Position numbers and translations under genes: made by a program. The notes beneath the pieces were generated by a model. It did not search any database. It saw only the letters and a program-made list of their open reading frames with translations, and was not told where the DNA came from. DNA of 63,489 bases, filler included, from Lenisia limosa (lineage: Eukaryota > Protista > Breviatea): the NCBI GenBank assembly GCA_001655205.1. It is 13 parts of 13 records of this genome, joined end to end, with 100 filler letters (N's around TTAATTAATTAA, not from the genome) between each part and the next. Parts side by side here need not be neighbours in the genome. Positions count along the whole stretch, not along the records: positions 32,163 to 51,106 come from LPNZ01006450.1; 12 more parts are not named here. One strand, written 5' to 3'. Of this stretch, positions 33,657 to 47,500 are shown piece after piece. Each line of letters begins with the position of its first letter. The stretch's first letter is position 1.

Positions 33657-36194
33657 ACAATAAAACAAGGTTATATCGCCGATGTGGAAATGAGAAATGA
33701 AAATAGATAATACTTATCCGTCCGAAGCCATCCATACCATCACGCTTATATTATTTAGAAGTGATAAAAAAAAAGTAGTATCTGACCGAAGCAGTCCACA
33801 CCATCATGTTGATATAATCATAGCCGACCTTTTTGAGTCCCTTCCGTTCCTTCCACTCCTTCGCTTTCTCTTCATTTTGGATCTTCTTCTTCTCAAGAAA
33901 CTTCGACCGCGCTTCAGCAAGGGGATTCTGCAGTGTGAGCCAACATGTTCAAAAAAGCCCCAAGCTCCGGAGATGACAGGGNNNNNNNNNNNNNNNNNNN
34001 NNNNNNNNNNNNNNNNNNNNNNNNNNNNNNNNNNNNNNNNNNNNNNNNNNNNNNNNNNNNNNNNNNNNNNNNNNNNNNNNNNNNNNNNNNNNNNNNNNNN
34101 NNNNNNNNNNNNNNNNNNNNNNNNNNNTTTTTCTTCACTATTGCAGTATACCCCATTTCTGTTACCGGAAAATAGATGTTGGGCTTTCTTTATAAGAGAT
34201 ATTGGATAAGAGTATGATACTAGCCTGGGGGGTATACATGTATCTTAGCAGGCCGCTAAATCAGAATAAAACCTCGGAGGAGTGTAAGGATTTTTCCATG
34301 GATTTTGGGTACAGCTTTTGGCTACTTTTGACCAAAATTCATGGATTTGGTGCTCGGTTAAGATTACGTAATGAATCTGGTTTAGCGGCCTGCTTTAATC
34401 AAAAAATAATATCACCCATAATAACACCCTGAAATTATGATTGGAACCTTGATAACCCGATGTATTTATCTGTTTCCCTTGATTTCTAATGTGTATATTA
34501 TTTATCTCGTTCAAAAAATAGCTCCAAAAACCACCATACTCTTGATTGGCCTTTGTCGCGGTTGACCCGTTCCTTGATCTTGCCCCAATACTCCTTTCGC
34601 TTCAGAGCCTTGCGCGCGTTTTTAGAGAGTTCCTCCTTAGGTACTGAATGGGGTTACAGCTTCTGGGTTCCAAAAGTCAAGCAACATATCGATATTGTGG
34701 GGAACTTACACATCATGAGTTACTATCTACTGATTTGTCTAAAGTGAAGTCAGATGTTGTCGATCAAGAATAATAACACCCCCCTGCCAATTTCCTCAAA
34801 CACACCTCCTCTCGTATCACAAAACCCAGAATTCCCTCCTGGCCACCTTTTTCCGCTGCCTCTTCATCATCATTATCATCGTCATCAGACTGATCGTTCA
34901 TCATCGCCCTCCTGCGGATGCGGAGAAGATCGTTAGCTTCGTCATCGTCGGAGTCGGCATGGATTACTGCTCTGAGGGAGTAAAAAAACAATAAAAATAG
35001 GTGACCTGGATACAGGCGGGGGGGAGTAAAATACTGCTTTTTGATTATGTATTTTTTTTTTTCCTTGTCGGCATGGATTACTGCTTTGAGGGAGTAAATG
35101 GGGATATATGGTACAAGTGGTGGGAGGATTAAAATATTGTTTTTTATTTTAAAACAAAATAACCCTGATAAAGCACAAAAGTATTGAACAGTAAGGGAGG
35201 GGGTAATGCGAAAATGTACGAAACAGAAAAAAAAAGCCTAAAATCAATTCTATTGGCTAGCAACATCACGCAAGGGTTGAAAACAAACAATCAAAAAGCC
35301 CAGGCCAGTCGCTTCTGCAGCCCCGGATCTCATCACTCAGATAATTNNNNNNNNNNNNNNNNAGATATGCATATTCACTGACTGTAGTAAGTCTTAAGTC
35401 TTGGCCTATTTTCCTTGAGAAATCGTTGAAATAATCGGGCAAGACTAGGCGTTCATTTTGGTTCGAAAAAAGACTGAATTGCTCGATAAATCCTCGAAAA
35501 CTATCGATATTCCACCCGTCTTTTGAAAACGAAAGTGAAACTGTAATGAATGGTAACTTATGTTGATCAAAAAATAAATTAGTCCACACCATCACGCTTA
35601 TGTTGGCATATGCTTAGATACAAAGCAAGTTTCTATTTGGCCGAAGCCGTCCACATCATGACGCTTATAAGAGCAGCATAGCATCTTACGAATTCATTTC
35701 TAACAACAAGCTATGAATTTTGCTGAAGAAATATAATGAAGAATCTAGACAAGCATGATTTGATTTCGGAATTACCTAACTTAGTAAACAAAACCAGGTT
35801 ATGAAACCCACCAACCCTTGATCTTCATCATCATCTTCACCCTCATAATTCTCTTCCGTGATTCCCTCTGCAAAGACCTAAAGTGTAATCAAATACGTTC
35901 ATACTGTGTTAAAGTGATATTTGCATTGAATACAAGGGCAGAAGACCACAACAAAGCCTACCCTGTCGTAGAAGTTCTTGCTTGAAAAGTCTTTAGAGAT
36001 ATTCTCTTCCTCAATCCCCTTAATCTTAAACTCTTGTACTGGAACAGTAGAATTTGTCTTTTGATAGTTCTTCTTAAGCTTCTTTGAGCGGAAGTCATTA
36101 ATGGTTTTCCCCTTTCCCTCTAAACTGGTCAGACCACCGAATGTAAAGGAGCTAAAGGCCACGACAAACCATGATACTTCTTCTTGGGAGGCAT
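33389..36194 (-). CDS. FYV7/CCDC59(TAP26)-like rRNA-processing protein
   Basis: Terminal exon AHKVAKKERRQKMKMHLYNKTKSGQPRMKGRIQGLLAKIEAQ* matches the 'TKxGQPxMxxRIxxLLxKI' signature; upstream exons are highly charged. 5' structure uncertain. Confidence 0.7.
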
Positions 36195-37550
36195 TGCAAA
36201 AGATGTGGCACACGAAAACTTCAAACACAAGCTACTGTATCACTCCAAAGTCGTTCTACTAATCCCCACTATTAAAATAGATTAATCTAAAGCGTAAAAG
36301 CCTCTTTAGCTCCTTTAGTTTGTTCGAAAAGTTTTACATTTCACTTATACTGATTTTTCATGGGGGTAATACGGAGAGCTGGCAGCACATGTCAGTCATT
36401 CTGCTCAATATGGAAAGTGTGGCTGTGACTTGAAGAGGGATTGCAGAAATCATCCATTCACTCAATTGAGAAACTGATATAACAAGTTAGGCTTGTGAAG
36501 TTGTCTAAGAGAATAAATAAACCAAAGAAATAGCCAAAAGTCGAATCGTTTGTGAAAATGAAACCCAAGTCCGAGTTTCCCACCGGATAATTAGGCCTGC
36601 TTTAGAACAGCATCCGGATGGGTTCCAGGAAAATGCATGCTAGGAAAAATGGGTTTGATGGGAAGCGTATAAGGTTCTCATTGTCATACCTTCGCTTGTA
36701 CCTTTCCAGGCTCTGGCTTTGTGTATTGTGTGTTGTAAATTAATCTTCTTATTATTGCGTGGTCTACTATTCTGTCCGATCATTATGAATGTGTTAACTA
36801 CGAATATACATCTTATATCACTTAGTTTTGTTGTGTAATGAATGAGCGGTGCCATTTAGAGATCCCTCTATTTCCATTTATTCTGAACAAGATTTGATGA
36901 AAAGATCTCTCAACGTTATTCAGGTCTTGTTTTGCAGTTTATCAACACCATCCTTCTTTCAGTGTTTTGTAACTAAGTATATATGATACAATTACATCTC
37001 ATATTATGCTATATAATACAGATACATATCATATATTGCAAGTTATCCTTAATCTTATCACAAGCTCTCACTTCACAGATCTATTGCAGTTTATCAAGAC
37101 CGTCATTCGTTCAGTGAAGCGTCTCCAAAGACCAAGACCCATCTTCATGCTACAAGGTGTGCTGGCGTATCTTTTCTGTTTTATATGCTATAGTTGTCTT
37201 GAGTGTTTGATAGAACATGTTACACGGCTGACACCCATCTATCCTCACTGTGGTGTCCATTCTATTGTTTCAAACAAATTATTCTTTGGTCCCTTTCACC
37301 AAAACATATTCCCCTCCGTTTAGTGGTGATTTTAGCCCTTGTGTGTTTGTCACCCTAAAATTTTGGGCTTTTCATTTGTTTTCTATTTTTACCTCCCCCT
37401 CCCCTATTACAATTGTCTTTGTTGTATTACTTCCACCCTGATATTGAAATGCCCATAATTTACTCTCCCCTCATCTGTATCCTTTTGCATTTCCCCCAAG
37501 ATTTCTAATGTATATTATGCTAAAAAAATCATCTCCAATTTTCATCCCAG

Positions 37551-40500
37551 GCCTGACACTGCCACCCTGGTGGAGGGCCTACAGTGTCCATTAACCATGT
37601 TAACTCTGCGAACTTCAACTGTGTACACCCCACCTCTTCCGCCAAAATCCTCGGTTTGTGGTTTAGAATGGTGTCTCAAACCTAGTAAACTTCTGTCTTC
37701 GAATGTTCTGGAAGTATGGTCCAACCCTTTCTTACAACTCCTTAAATGATTTCACTCTACACCTAATTTGGAAACTTGTATTTTGAAAAAAAATGGCCTA
37801 AAAAAATTAAACATTAATGGCAAAAAATATCTGACACTTGAGGTAGGTATTTACAGGTATATTTCTTTGAACAAAATTTGTTTTTCACTCATGAAATCAT
37901 TTAAGAATGTCAAAACGTTGAATCAAAGTCTGAAATGGAGTTTACAATATTGATATAGTATATATATCATATCATATATCGATAATGTATTTCAATTTCA
38001 ATTTTGAATTCTATTTTCAATTAATTACAAGGATCCTAATAATCAATAGACGCACCCACCTGTTCCAGATGAAAATCCTCCAAAGTACCACCTCCACCAT
38101 CACCATCTGAAAGGTGGGCACAACCATTATTCCAACTTAAAAATGGCCACGTTGTTTAAATAATACTGAAATTGTTTTTCAATAAGTAATTAAGTTTAGC
38201 TATCTGTTTATAATTCGTTATCTATTCTTAATTGTAAGAAACACAATAGGCAATGAAAAAAAGATCTTGTCCACTATACCATGGCTTTAGTATTAGCATT
38301 ATAAAACATCATCATGTGAGCTTATTTTACTATACAAAAGCAGTTTTTTAAAAGTAAAATTAGTTTATATTATGTGTCACTCAGTTAGAATATCATATGC
38401 TTATTGTCCCTCGACCATGAAATTGATATTGTGTCTTATCAAAATATCTGATTAGCGTGAGGGTGTAGACTGATTTTGCAGATGCTAATTAATTATTATT
38501 TCGTTTATCTAAAACAAACAATTGTAGATAATGAATAGTAGATTGATATGATATAATATATCATATTATTGGGAGAGAAAATGATTATTTATAGTGAAAT
38601 GAAAGAGTAACTAACCCATTAGACCACGGGAGTATCAGTCAGTCTGTTGAAAAGCTGCTTGGTCATGTAGGTTTTTTCATCAGTAGGGCTTACTCACATT
38701 ATCTACCCATTTACTCACATCACTATTTATACCGTGCATTGTACATTTCCATTATTAAAATGAAACATTAAGTGGGAATCCCAAGTCGATACTAAATACT
38801 GTATCGTTACCCCAATTTCTCACAATATAGGCTCCATATCCCAATTTCCACGGTCTTTTAGCGAGGTATGCCGCGTATTGCATTGAAGACGCAAACGACT
38901 TTGAAGACAAAAAATCCCGTATGTGAAAATGCTTATGTATCGATATTATCAAAGAAATTGTGAATTTGACAGACATCTTTGTTATGAAACAGAAATCATT
39001 TTCGTGAAACTATATCAAGACAATACACCTAGCATGAGAAATTGGTTATTTTGCTTGGTTGTCATAAGCTCACTAACTCCTATAGTTCTCAGTGAAACTC
39101 TGACTGCGTGCATCAAAAACTGCTCAAAGGACACTTTGAACGCTCGGTTCCTTGATGTGAGTGGCAAAATCTGCCATAGATATTGAGCTTTATCTTCAGT
39201 AAATCATTGTGAATATCAAAATCAATCCCATATTTATAAGCGTAGGGTGCCACACCCCTCTGTATAGCATGCCACACCGGAGATGAGACAATCGTCAGAA
39301 CGATGCTCAAGAAAGGGGCTGATTTTGAGGCGGTGGGCCGATATTCGTTTGTTTGTCATAATCAGGGCTTCACTTTGGTCCAAAAAACTGATAAAACTAT
39401 CTTGTGATGTCAGATATTAGACAAATTTCATTTATCATTTATCATATGTAACAACAGACTAATAGCCTTAAGTGTCAAATAGCCTGATGAAGATACTAAT
39501 TGCCTTAGATATCCAATATCCTAAGATGTCTCCCACAATTCTAAACCCTCAGATTTCACAACAATAATTTTCAGATGTAGAACATACTAATTTGATGTAA
39601 AACAGACTCACAGCCTTAGATGTCTCATGACGACCATCCTCTTCTCTTGACATGCCAAAATGGAATGGTAGTTGCCACTCAGTCCATGCTTCGACATCAT
39701 GCTGACTCAAATATGAGAATCCCAAAGGTTTGAAATAACTCGAAAATTAATGTTTTGAGGAAATTAATAGACTAAATTTGAGATTCGATTCTGAAATGCA
39801 GCTCTCGCTAAAATATGTCCCCATTCAAATCAAAAAAATACTATCTCAATTAATTGCTAATTTATTTTAAAAAAGGACAATTTAAAAAATAAATTTTAAT
39901 TTTAAGTTGGGCAGATTGTAACCAGATATACTTTTCAGATACCTTCAAATATTGTCATTAATTTCCTCAATAATCTGACATTTTTGAACGGTTTCAGTTT
40001 GTAAACAACACAACAACCGGATTGTCTTGATTCCTGACAAAGGTACCATTTTGCTACATATTTATGACAGTCATAGAATGTTTGTCCTCTAGCGTCCGCT
40101 ATTCTTAGAGGACATATCCGACTTGCTGCTGTGCTGCTAAAGGTATATTTTCATTCAATATAAAATGGGGAAGCCTTAACGGCTCTTGGGACCAAAAAAC
40201 TCTTTATTTTTATTGTAAATATACCACAACACACCATAAAACCATAAACAACCTTCTTATTAACCCCTTTACCATGATTTTGCACCCCCACTACCAAACC
40301 CGGTCATTTTTACATTTTAGTTTGGTGCAAATCCAAACGGTCCAGAATCCCTGAGCGAAAATGTAAGATACAATTGAGTGAAAACAATACGCAATAGCTA
40401 TATGATATACTACATGTCTTATCGTAAAGTGTGCTCATTTTGGAGTAATCAATCCTGTATCTCATTTGAATCTCATTTATGCTTGGTGCTACATTTTGTT

Positions 40501-43500
40501 GAAATGTGGAACAATGCTCATTTGTATTCAGAACCTCTTCCAAAAAGTTGCTTGTTCTGAATCACCTTAATATCAAATCATCAGGTCACACGACCTCTTC
40601 ATTTGGCCGCCAGCAAAACCACAACTAGTCTTGCCAAACTTCTTCTCAAGCACAAGGCAATTCCTACAGCGAGAGATGAACATGTAAGCATATATTATTG
40701 GATTTCACCTTCTTATCACTTAAAATAACATCATATTAGAATATCATATGGTATATGATATATTCCTAGATGTGAGTGTCACAAATTTTGAAATATAATC
40801 ATTTATTATCACTTTGAAACAATTCAACTTTTTTATTTTAAGAAATTTTTTGTGAGATATCGAACAAGAAAACATCTCTTCATTTATACTTTTGAATTCT
40901 ACCGACATCAATTCAGTTTCTTTCCTTTTACAATTATATGTGCAAAGTAGACATATTTGTTTATATGAAAAGCTTTCTGTTCTCATTTGTTCTGATTAAA
41001 AACACACTTGAAATTTTTTCCAAAATTATTCAAATATTTGCTTGGAGTCCTAATTATCACAATCAAGGAACGAACAGCTTTGCACTTGGCAATGGCATGT
41101 CAAAACTCCAACATGATTTCCCTTCTTTTGTCAAGTCTCAAGCAATACCCTGAGGAGCTAAGTGCTGAGGTATGTACCGTTATTTCTGAGTGTATTCAGT
41201 ATAAAAACAATGAAAGTGCTTCAATCTGTCTATGATGAACAATTAAATATTATGCATGGTTTAAATACCGTTGTAAAACATTCTGAATTATGACATCAGC
41301 TTTTGAAGAATATTTCATTCTGGAATTATGACTCAAAAGATACAAACCCAAAAGATTTTAATTGGCATATTATTGGAACCAAATTTTGAAAATTGTTCCA
41401 AAATTCGAATCCATTAGCATAGGTTACCACATATATGAATAAATGGTCTTTCATTCCTCCAGGGACACAACATTCTGATGGAAGCATTGGTTAGTCGATG
41501 CAGCGAACGAATTATCCGCCAATTGCTTTCTTGGATACCTGCGAAGGTGAGCTCAGGTTCTTGTTGGCTTGTCTAAAACACGATGGTAAATATTTAAAAA
41601 CGTCTGTGGACAAAATGTGTACAAATTTAGCGATATTTTCTTTAATACTTATAAAATAACTAGATATACTATGTCTGACTCTTTTAGTCTCTTTTGGCTG
41701 CTGAACTGCGTAAAAAAGACAAAGAGGTGAGGTTATTAACTAAAATTCAATCTGCTGTTCATAAAAACAGACTAATACAAACTCAGGGTGTTCCTGTTTT
41801 GCACTACTTTGGCCATTACAGACCCTCAATGCTTGTCGAGGTGGGTTGGAATTTCAAATAAGTACAGTGACTAGGATAAGTCCTGACCTATTTTCCTTGG
41901 AAATCATAGCAAATCGGGTAATACTTATCCTGGTCACTGTGTAATAGAGGGACTTGTTTTTGCAGTACTGTTTGGAATCTGGACAAAATAGTCCACACCA
42001 TCACATTGACAACTGATAATACCAAAAAGGAACAAACACTATGAATTGAATACTACAATATTTTCACGCTTTAGATAGCGCTTACACTTGGGCATGACAT
42101 TTCCTTTGTTGTAGACTCGAAGGTAGGGGTGACCGTTCCATTTATTGACAATGACAGCCCCTTTGGGTAAATTGTTAAATAGTTCCAAACATCTTCTCAG
42201 CGCCCAATAATCCTAATATAGAGTATATATACATATTCGCTTGGGCTCCATTCAATCAATAGAAAATTCAATGCTAAATTTGAAGTGATATATTTTCAGT
42301 GACCGAGATTTGCTAGATGATTTCTCAAAGGAAATCGGTCATGCCTATCTTGGTCACTGTATAATATATATTGTAATGTAAACTCAATTTCAGACTTTCA
42401 TTGGTAATTTTATCAAATTCATACAATTAATTGCAAATATTCTCTTGACAAACGTAGGCCAATCACATTGCCCACATCCTTGCCGAAGTAGACAGCTATG
42501 TAACTCTAAAAAAAGTTGGTGGTACTGAGGTCAATATGTCTGTTTAGTCCTGAAGAATAATCTCTCCAACAATGGGATAGTTATAAAAAATTTGACAAGT
42601 CTGGAAATAAATTGGTGATTTTTAGATTCCTTTAACTCCAATAGTAGAAAATGGCTACTATCCAAATCCAATCCGATAAAAGTTTCGATATTAAAACAGT
42701 TCCGTTCCTAATGACTGTGCAAATAAGTAGAGAGGTCATTTCTAAAAAAACATAAAGTGATTTTTCAGCTGTGTGCTTGGCATCCTGAGTTGATAACACG
42801 CCCAAATATGGAGGTACGTACATATTTATTGTATATTTCTTAGCAATATAAAACTACCATAAAATATCACTATCCTTCAAGTTCAAAAACACCTCAAACT
42901 ACTTCTAGATGAGCTCTTATTATTACTTAGGGTATGACTCCTTGCATGTAATAATATGATATCGAGATGAAAAATAAAACAAGGTTGTATCCAGCAAAGC
43001 CATACATACCATCACTTTTATAAGAGATACTTTTCACTTGTCTTGTATTTAACACATATATTTTTGAATGAATAATATTTCCTCCATTAATTTATTATTT
43101 CCTAGGGTAACACCCCACTCCACATAGCCTTACAAATGCGCCATCGCCAAGCTGCTACTGCCCTTATAGAGTAGGTTACTACACGCGCATCACTTAGATC
43201 CAAAAGTATCACAATTAGGGCTTCACTTCGGTTCTGAAGAGACCGGTAAAATATCGATAGTTTTCGAGGATTTATCAGAAAATCTGTCTTTTCTCGAACC
43301 GAAGTGAAGTCCAATAAAACTGTGATAAAATTTAGAGGGTGGTCTGGGCTCCATTGAGATGAAATTCCTGCAAATTCAAACTGTGTTGCTTAGCATACTG
43401 TATCTAGGAAAATGTAACATATGATTATGAGGTCAAAATCTGAATATATGAATATGTTTTCAATGAAACACATCCTTCAATCACTTCTCAGACTTGGAAG

Positions 43501-44120
43501 AATCCACCCCATTCCGGGATTCGTATTCGAATGTCCAAACAAAATGGTCAGTATGAAATTCCATATGATATTGTTAAATTAAAAAATAAAAGGTTAATTT
43601 TTGCAACTACAGACGTTTTTTTCAAGAGACACCCCATTTTTAGACAAGTCGCAATTTTTGTTTGATTGGAAGATCGCTTTGACCCGCTAATATTTAGTAC
43701 ATAAGCCTATTTAATCATTTTCTTATTCCTATTTTAATCCCTTTTTGAACCTTTTTGTCACCCCCACCCCTATTTATAATGTCCTTTCGTTACTCATATT
43801 GTAATTTTGTTTGAGTAAATGATCTCGGGGGAACCCAGTATTAGGAGTCCGGATTCACTTCGGTTCGAAAAAGACAGGTAAAATATCGATAATTTTCGGG
43901 GATTAATCGAGAAATTCAGTGTTTTTCGAACCGAAGTGAAGCCCTAATTAGGACCAAGTCCGATCGTTTGTTGACCGGTTTCATTGCAATTATTGTCACG
44001 AGTCACCCCAATCTTTTTTCTAATCACCCAGCATGTCACCCCCAACATCCTTGCGGGAAAAGTCTTGAAATCTGAAGATCCAATTTGGTAATTGACGTTA
44101 ACAATTACGTATAGGATTGA
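37551..44120 (+). CDS. Multi-ankyrin-repeat protein
   Basis: Exons GATPLCIACHTGDETIVRTMLKKGADFEA (about 39246), HPLLLTCQNG, RPLHLAASKTTTSLAKLLLKHKA (about 40585), ERTALHLAMACQNSNMISLLL (about 41068) and GNTPLHIALQMRHRQAATALIE (about 43105), with canonical GT-AG introns. Both ends approximate. Confidence 0.85.
41865..41939. mobile_element. MITE family D
   Basis: CAGTGACTAGGATAAGT...ACTTATCCTGGTCACTG. Confidence 0.8.
43216..43313. mobile_element. MITE family A
   Basis: TAGGGCTTCACTTCGGTTC...GAACCGAAGTGAAGTCCA. Confidence 0.85.
43853..43946. mobile_element. MITE family A
   Basis: TTCACTTCGGTTCGAAAA...TTTTCGAACCGAAGTGAA, an 18-bp perfect TIR. Other copies near 820, 1267, 2535, 2925, 4030, 7650, 10460, 18800, 26365, 32815, 35449, 39363, 45820, 48670, 50733, 51895, 53416. 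Confidence 0.9.
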
Positions 44121-44577
44121 TCTGATGAAGATTATATTTCTCAAGAGGTTTAACATTGCTTAAACGTGTGTTGAGAGAAACAGATTATCAAGGTTTAATA
44201 TGGCGTAAAAGAAATATTGCACTAATATTGTGCGACTTCTTGCAATCTAGGAGGTGTATAGCATATTAATTTGCAATTGGGAAATCAATTATGAATTTTG
44301 ATGAAGTGAGAGCTATTGTAACGAGAGAGCCCAAAATCCACAATTTTGTCAATTGATTTTTCCAAACAATGACTAGACCTGGAGCCTAAAGTGTTATGCT
44401 GGCCATTGCTACCCCAGACTCTACCAGCTGTGAACCTCAGGAACATTCAGATCAAAAACACCAAATCCTGGACCAGTTCAAGTACTTCATCAATCTACCA
44501 AATCGAATCTTTTTGAAGGTCTACCACAACAGTTCCGATATACCTTTCAAATCCTGAGCTTTACAAGCGAATTTACT

Positions 44578-47500
44578 TTAATTAACGACTTTGGGAGTCC
44601 ATCGCCACCTAGGTGCAGCGGCAGGCCAGTTGAGATAATCATAGTCCACGTTACTCGGTTTGTTTCCAGCAACTATGGCTAAAAAGTGAGATAAGTCGAC
44701 TACATGAAATTATGAATCACAGTAAAAAATAGAACTTACCAAGAGCAAGAAGAGGTGAAATTCTACGATCGAAGATTTGAACCGTAGCGATCTGTAAGAA
44801 TTAATATAACATTGTCAAGTATTCAATTTGATGTGTATGACTATTTTAAATACAATCGATAAACAATATTTGATCGACAATTTCACAAGAGAATCGCATC
44901 ATAAATTTGCAATAAATTGTCACAAAAATATATTTCAATAAATGGTCGCATAAATTATCAATAGGATATATTTTGAATAAATACAATGCAGTAGAATGTT
45001 GGAGCAATATTATTCTATCAACTGTCGCATAAACATGAGATCGCGTAGGTCCGTTTTGTAAATGGTACGAGTCCAAATAGTTCGTATAATTGTCATAATT
45101 GGCTCGAAATATCCAAAAAAACAAATGCGAATGTGAAATGGGCTTTTTGGGGATGCATAAAAATATGGTGATATCTTCCGTATTGTTTATGGTCCAAACT
45201 GGTGTACAAAAATCAAATAGATTTTATTATTACTCATACTGGTGATATTTCATCCAGTATGAGTAGTGAGACATATTATTTGGGAATCTATAAATTTCTT
45301 CAAATTACCATAACATACATGGTCCCATGGAAAATATAGGAATTCCAACGTATTCACAAGGATTCCAAGTCGATGGGCCGTATTGGCAAAAAATTAATTC
45401 CAAGGGGTCCAGCTTATAATTTTAGAATAATTATTGCCCCTATCATTAAACGTATGTTAAACACTCACAATTGTTGACAATCCCTCCCCACCACCACCAT
45501 TGTTAATACTATTGTTGGACCATATTCAGACTTAATTCTCACGATTGACCATAAATAACTCATACCATAGCATTTGTCATTTGTTCTTGTCTCAGGTTCA
45601 TCCCTCGCCTCCATTTTCACTCAATTTCCCCTCACCATTGGCCAAGATTGCGTGCCACTTTCAACCAGCATCGCCAAATGATGTGATGCTCCTCTTGGTC
45701 CTTCTAGTGGAGTAAAAGAAAAACCATCTGAGAACAAAAACAAACACTATAAACTTTCACTCTAGTGAGTTGGTGAGAAATGGTAATTTGTTTGACATCC
45801 CCATGTATTGTATTGTATGGGTTTCACTTTGGTTCAACAAAGAAATATCGATGACTTTCTAACAATCGAGAAATTCAGCCTTTTGTAAAACCTAAGTGAT
45901 GCCCAGTTACATACCAATTTTGTTGTTGTCAATGCAGTCAAGACTCCATAATGTTCCGTCCTTGCCTCCACTTGACGTGATGTTAAGCTTGCCCTAATAA
46001 TGTAAGCAATTCGATATTTATCGAATACTTGACAATTCACAACATTAAAAATGTTAGAATTTGGATGTGTCAATCTTGCGATAATGTTTTTGGCAAAATT
46101 TGTCCTTAAAAATGGTAAATGTAGAGATTTACTAATTGTCAAAAACAACGAAGTATAGCCTTAGTTAGATAGTATAACAATTGTATGCTAGGTGAGACTG
46201 GGAACAAAAAAAATGCTGGGGTTACAATTGTATTATTTTGAAAGTGTTGAACATGTTGTTTCTATCCACGACTTATCTCAATAGTTTACACCGTATGTTT
46301 TAAACTATCATACCCAGGGGCCTTGCAGCAGCGTGTTTGTGAGTCTGTACGTTACGTCGTGAGGAAACTTGACTAAAAGCGTTAATACATGAATAAGTAG
46401 AAATACAATTGTTGTATGACATGTAAATTGCATGATGCATTTGAACATTCATTTATCGGGATCTTAGGATAATTTACCAAGTGTTCATTGTAAATAAAAT
46501 TAGACTAGAGTCAATTTCATGATTGAGACAATTTAATCACAGTTGTACCATTCTTGATGCATTTGAAAATACATTGATTATGCCATAGTAAAAATTAAAC
46601 AACTACGTTTTGTTATGTAGTAGATGCATACATGTTTTGAATAGATAATACGAGTTGAGAATTCCGTAAATAAATGTTACATGCTGTTAAAATAGTTCCA
46701 AAAATGACCTTCTTTGAATCTTTTTTTACCAAGGTGAATAACAAAACCAAACCAAATAAAGTCTTTGATCAACAACATACTGGTTTTACAGCCACGATCA
46801 TTAGTCATAAAGGCATAATGGTGAGGTGAATCTGAATAAAGGTTAATACTGCTGTGAATCTGAATGAGACGTACTGTAGTAAGGAAATTGATATGACATA
46901 ATTTTAAAATAAAAGGGCAATTTTGCAACTACATACATACATTTTAATGAACCATCTTTTGTAGACAATCACAAATACGCAGTTAAAGTAAAAGTCAGCA
47001 AACATCGAAAAACCCTACATATTCGTATTAAAACCTCCACAAAACCCTTAACCCCAAAATACGAGGATCAGCAAATACTACTTGACCAGTTTCTTCGATT
47101 CTCCGTCCTCGGGCAGCCAAATCAAATGCCGAGTCACTAGCAAGCGGATCTATTGGGAATTGTGAGGAAATACTTCGTAAAGGTTCCACTGTTTGATTCT
47201 AGGTTTCTCTGCAATTAATATTAATTGAAAAATTAGAAATTAAAGTGTCTGGAATAGGTTTCTTGTTCCCCTTCAAATTTTGTTTTAATTAATTGCACGG
47301 AGCCCTATTAATAAAGTTATTTATATTTTTGTCCTCAACTTATGGTATAGTTAGTAGATAAACTGGATATACTAATCACTAAAACATAACTTGTCTTCTC
47401 TTCCCGTTTGTTTGAATGTCAAACCTTTAACAGCTAATTCGTCCTCTGTCAGCGACCGATGAATTGTAAGGAAGCCAATGCTATGACCCTAGATAGTCAA

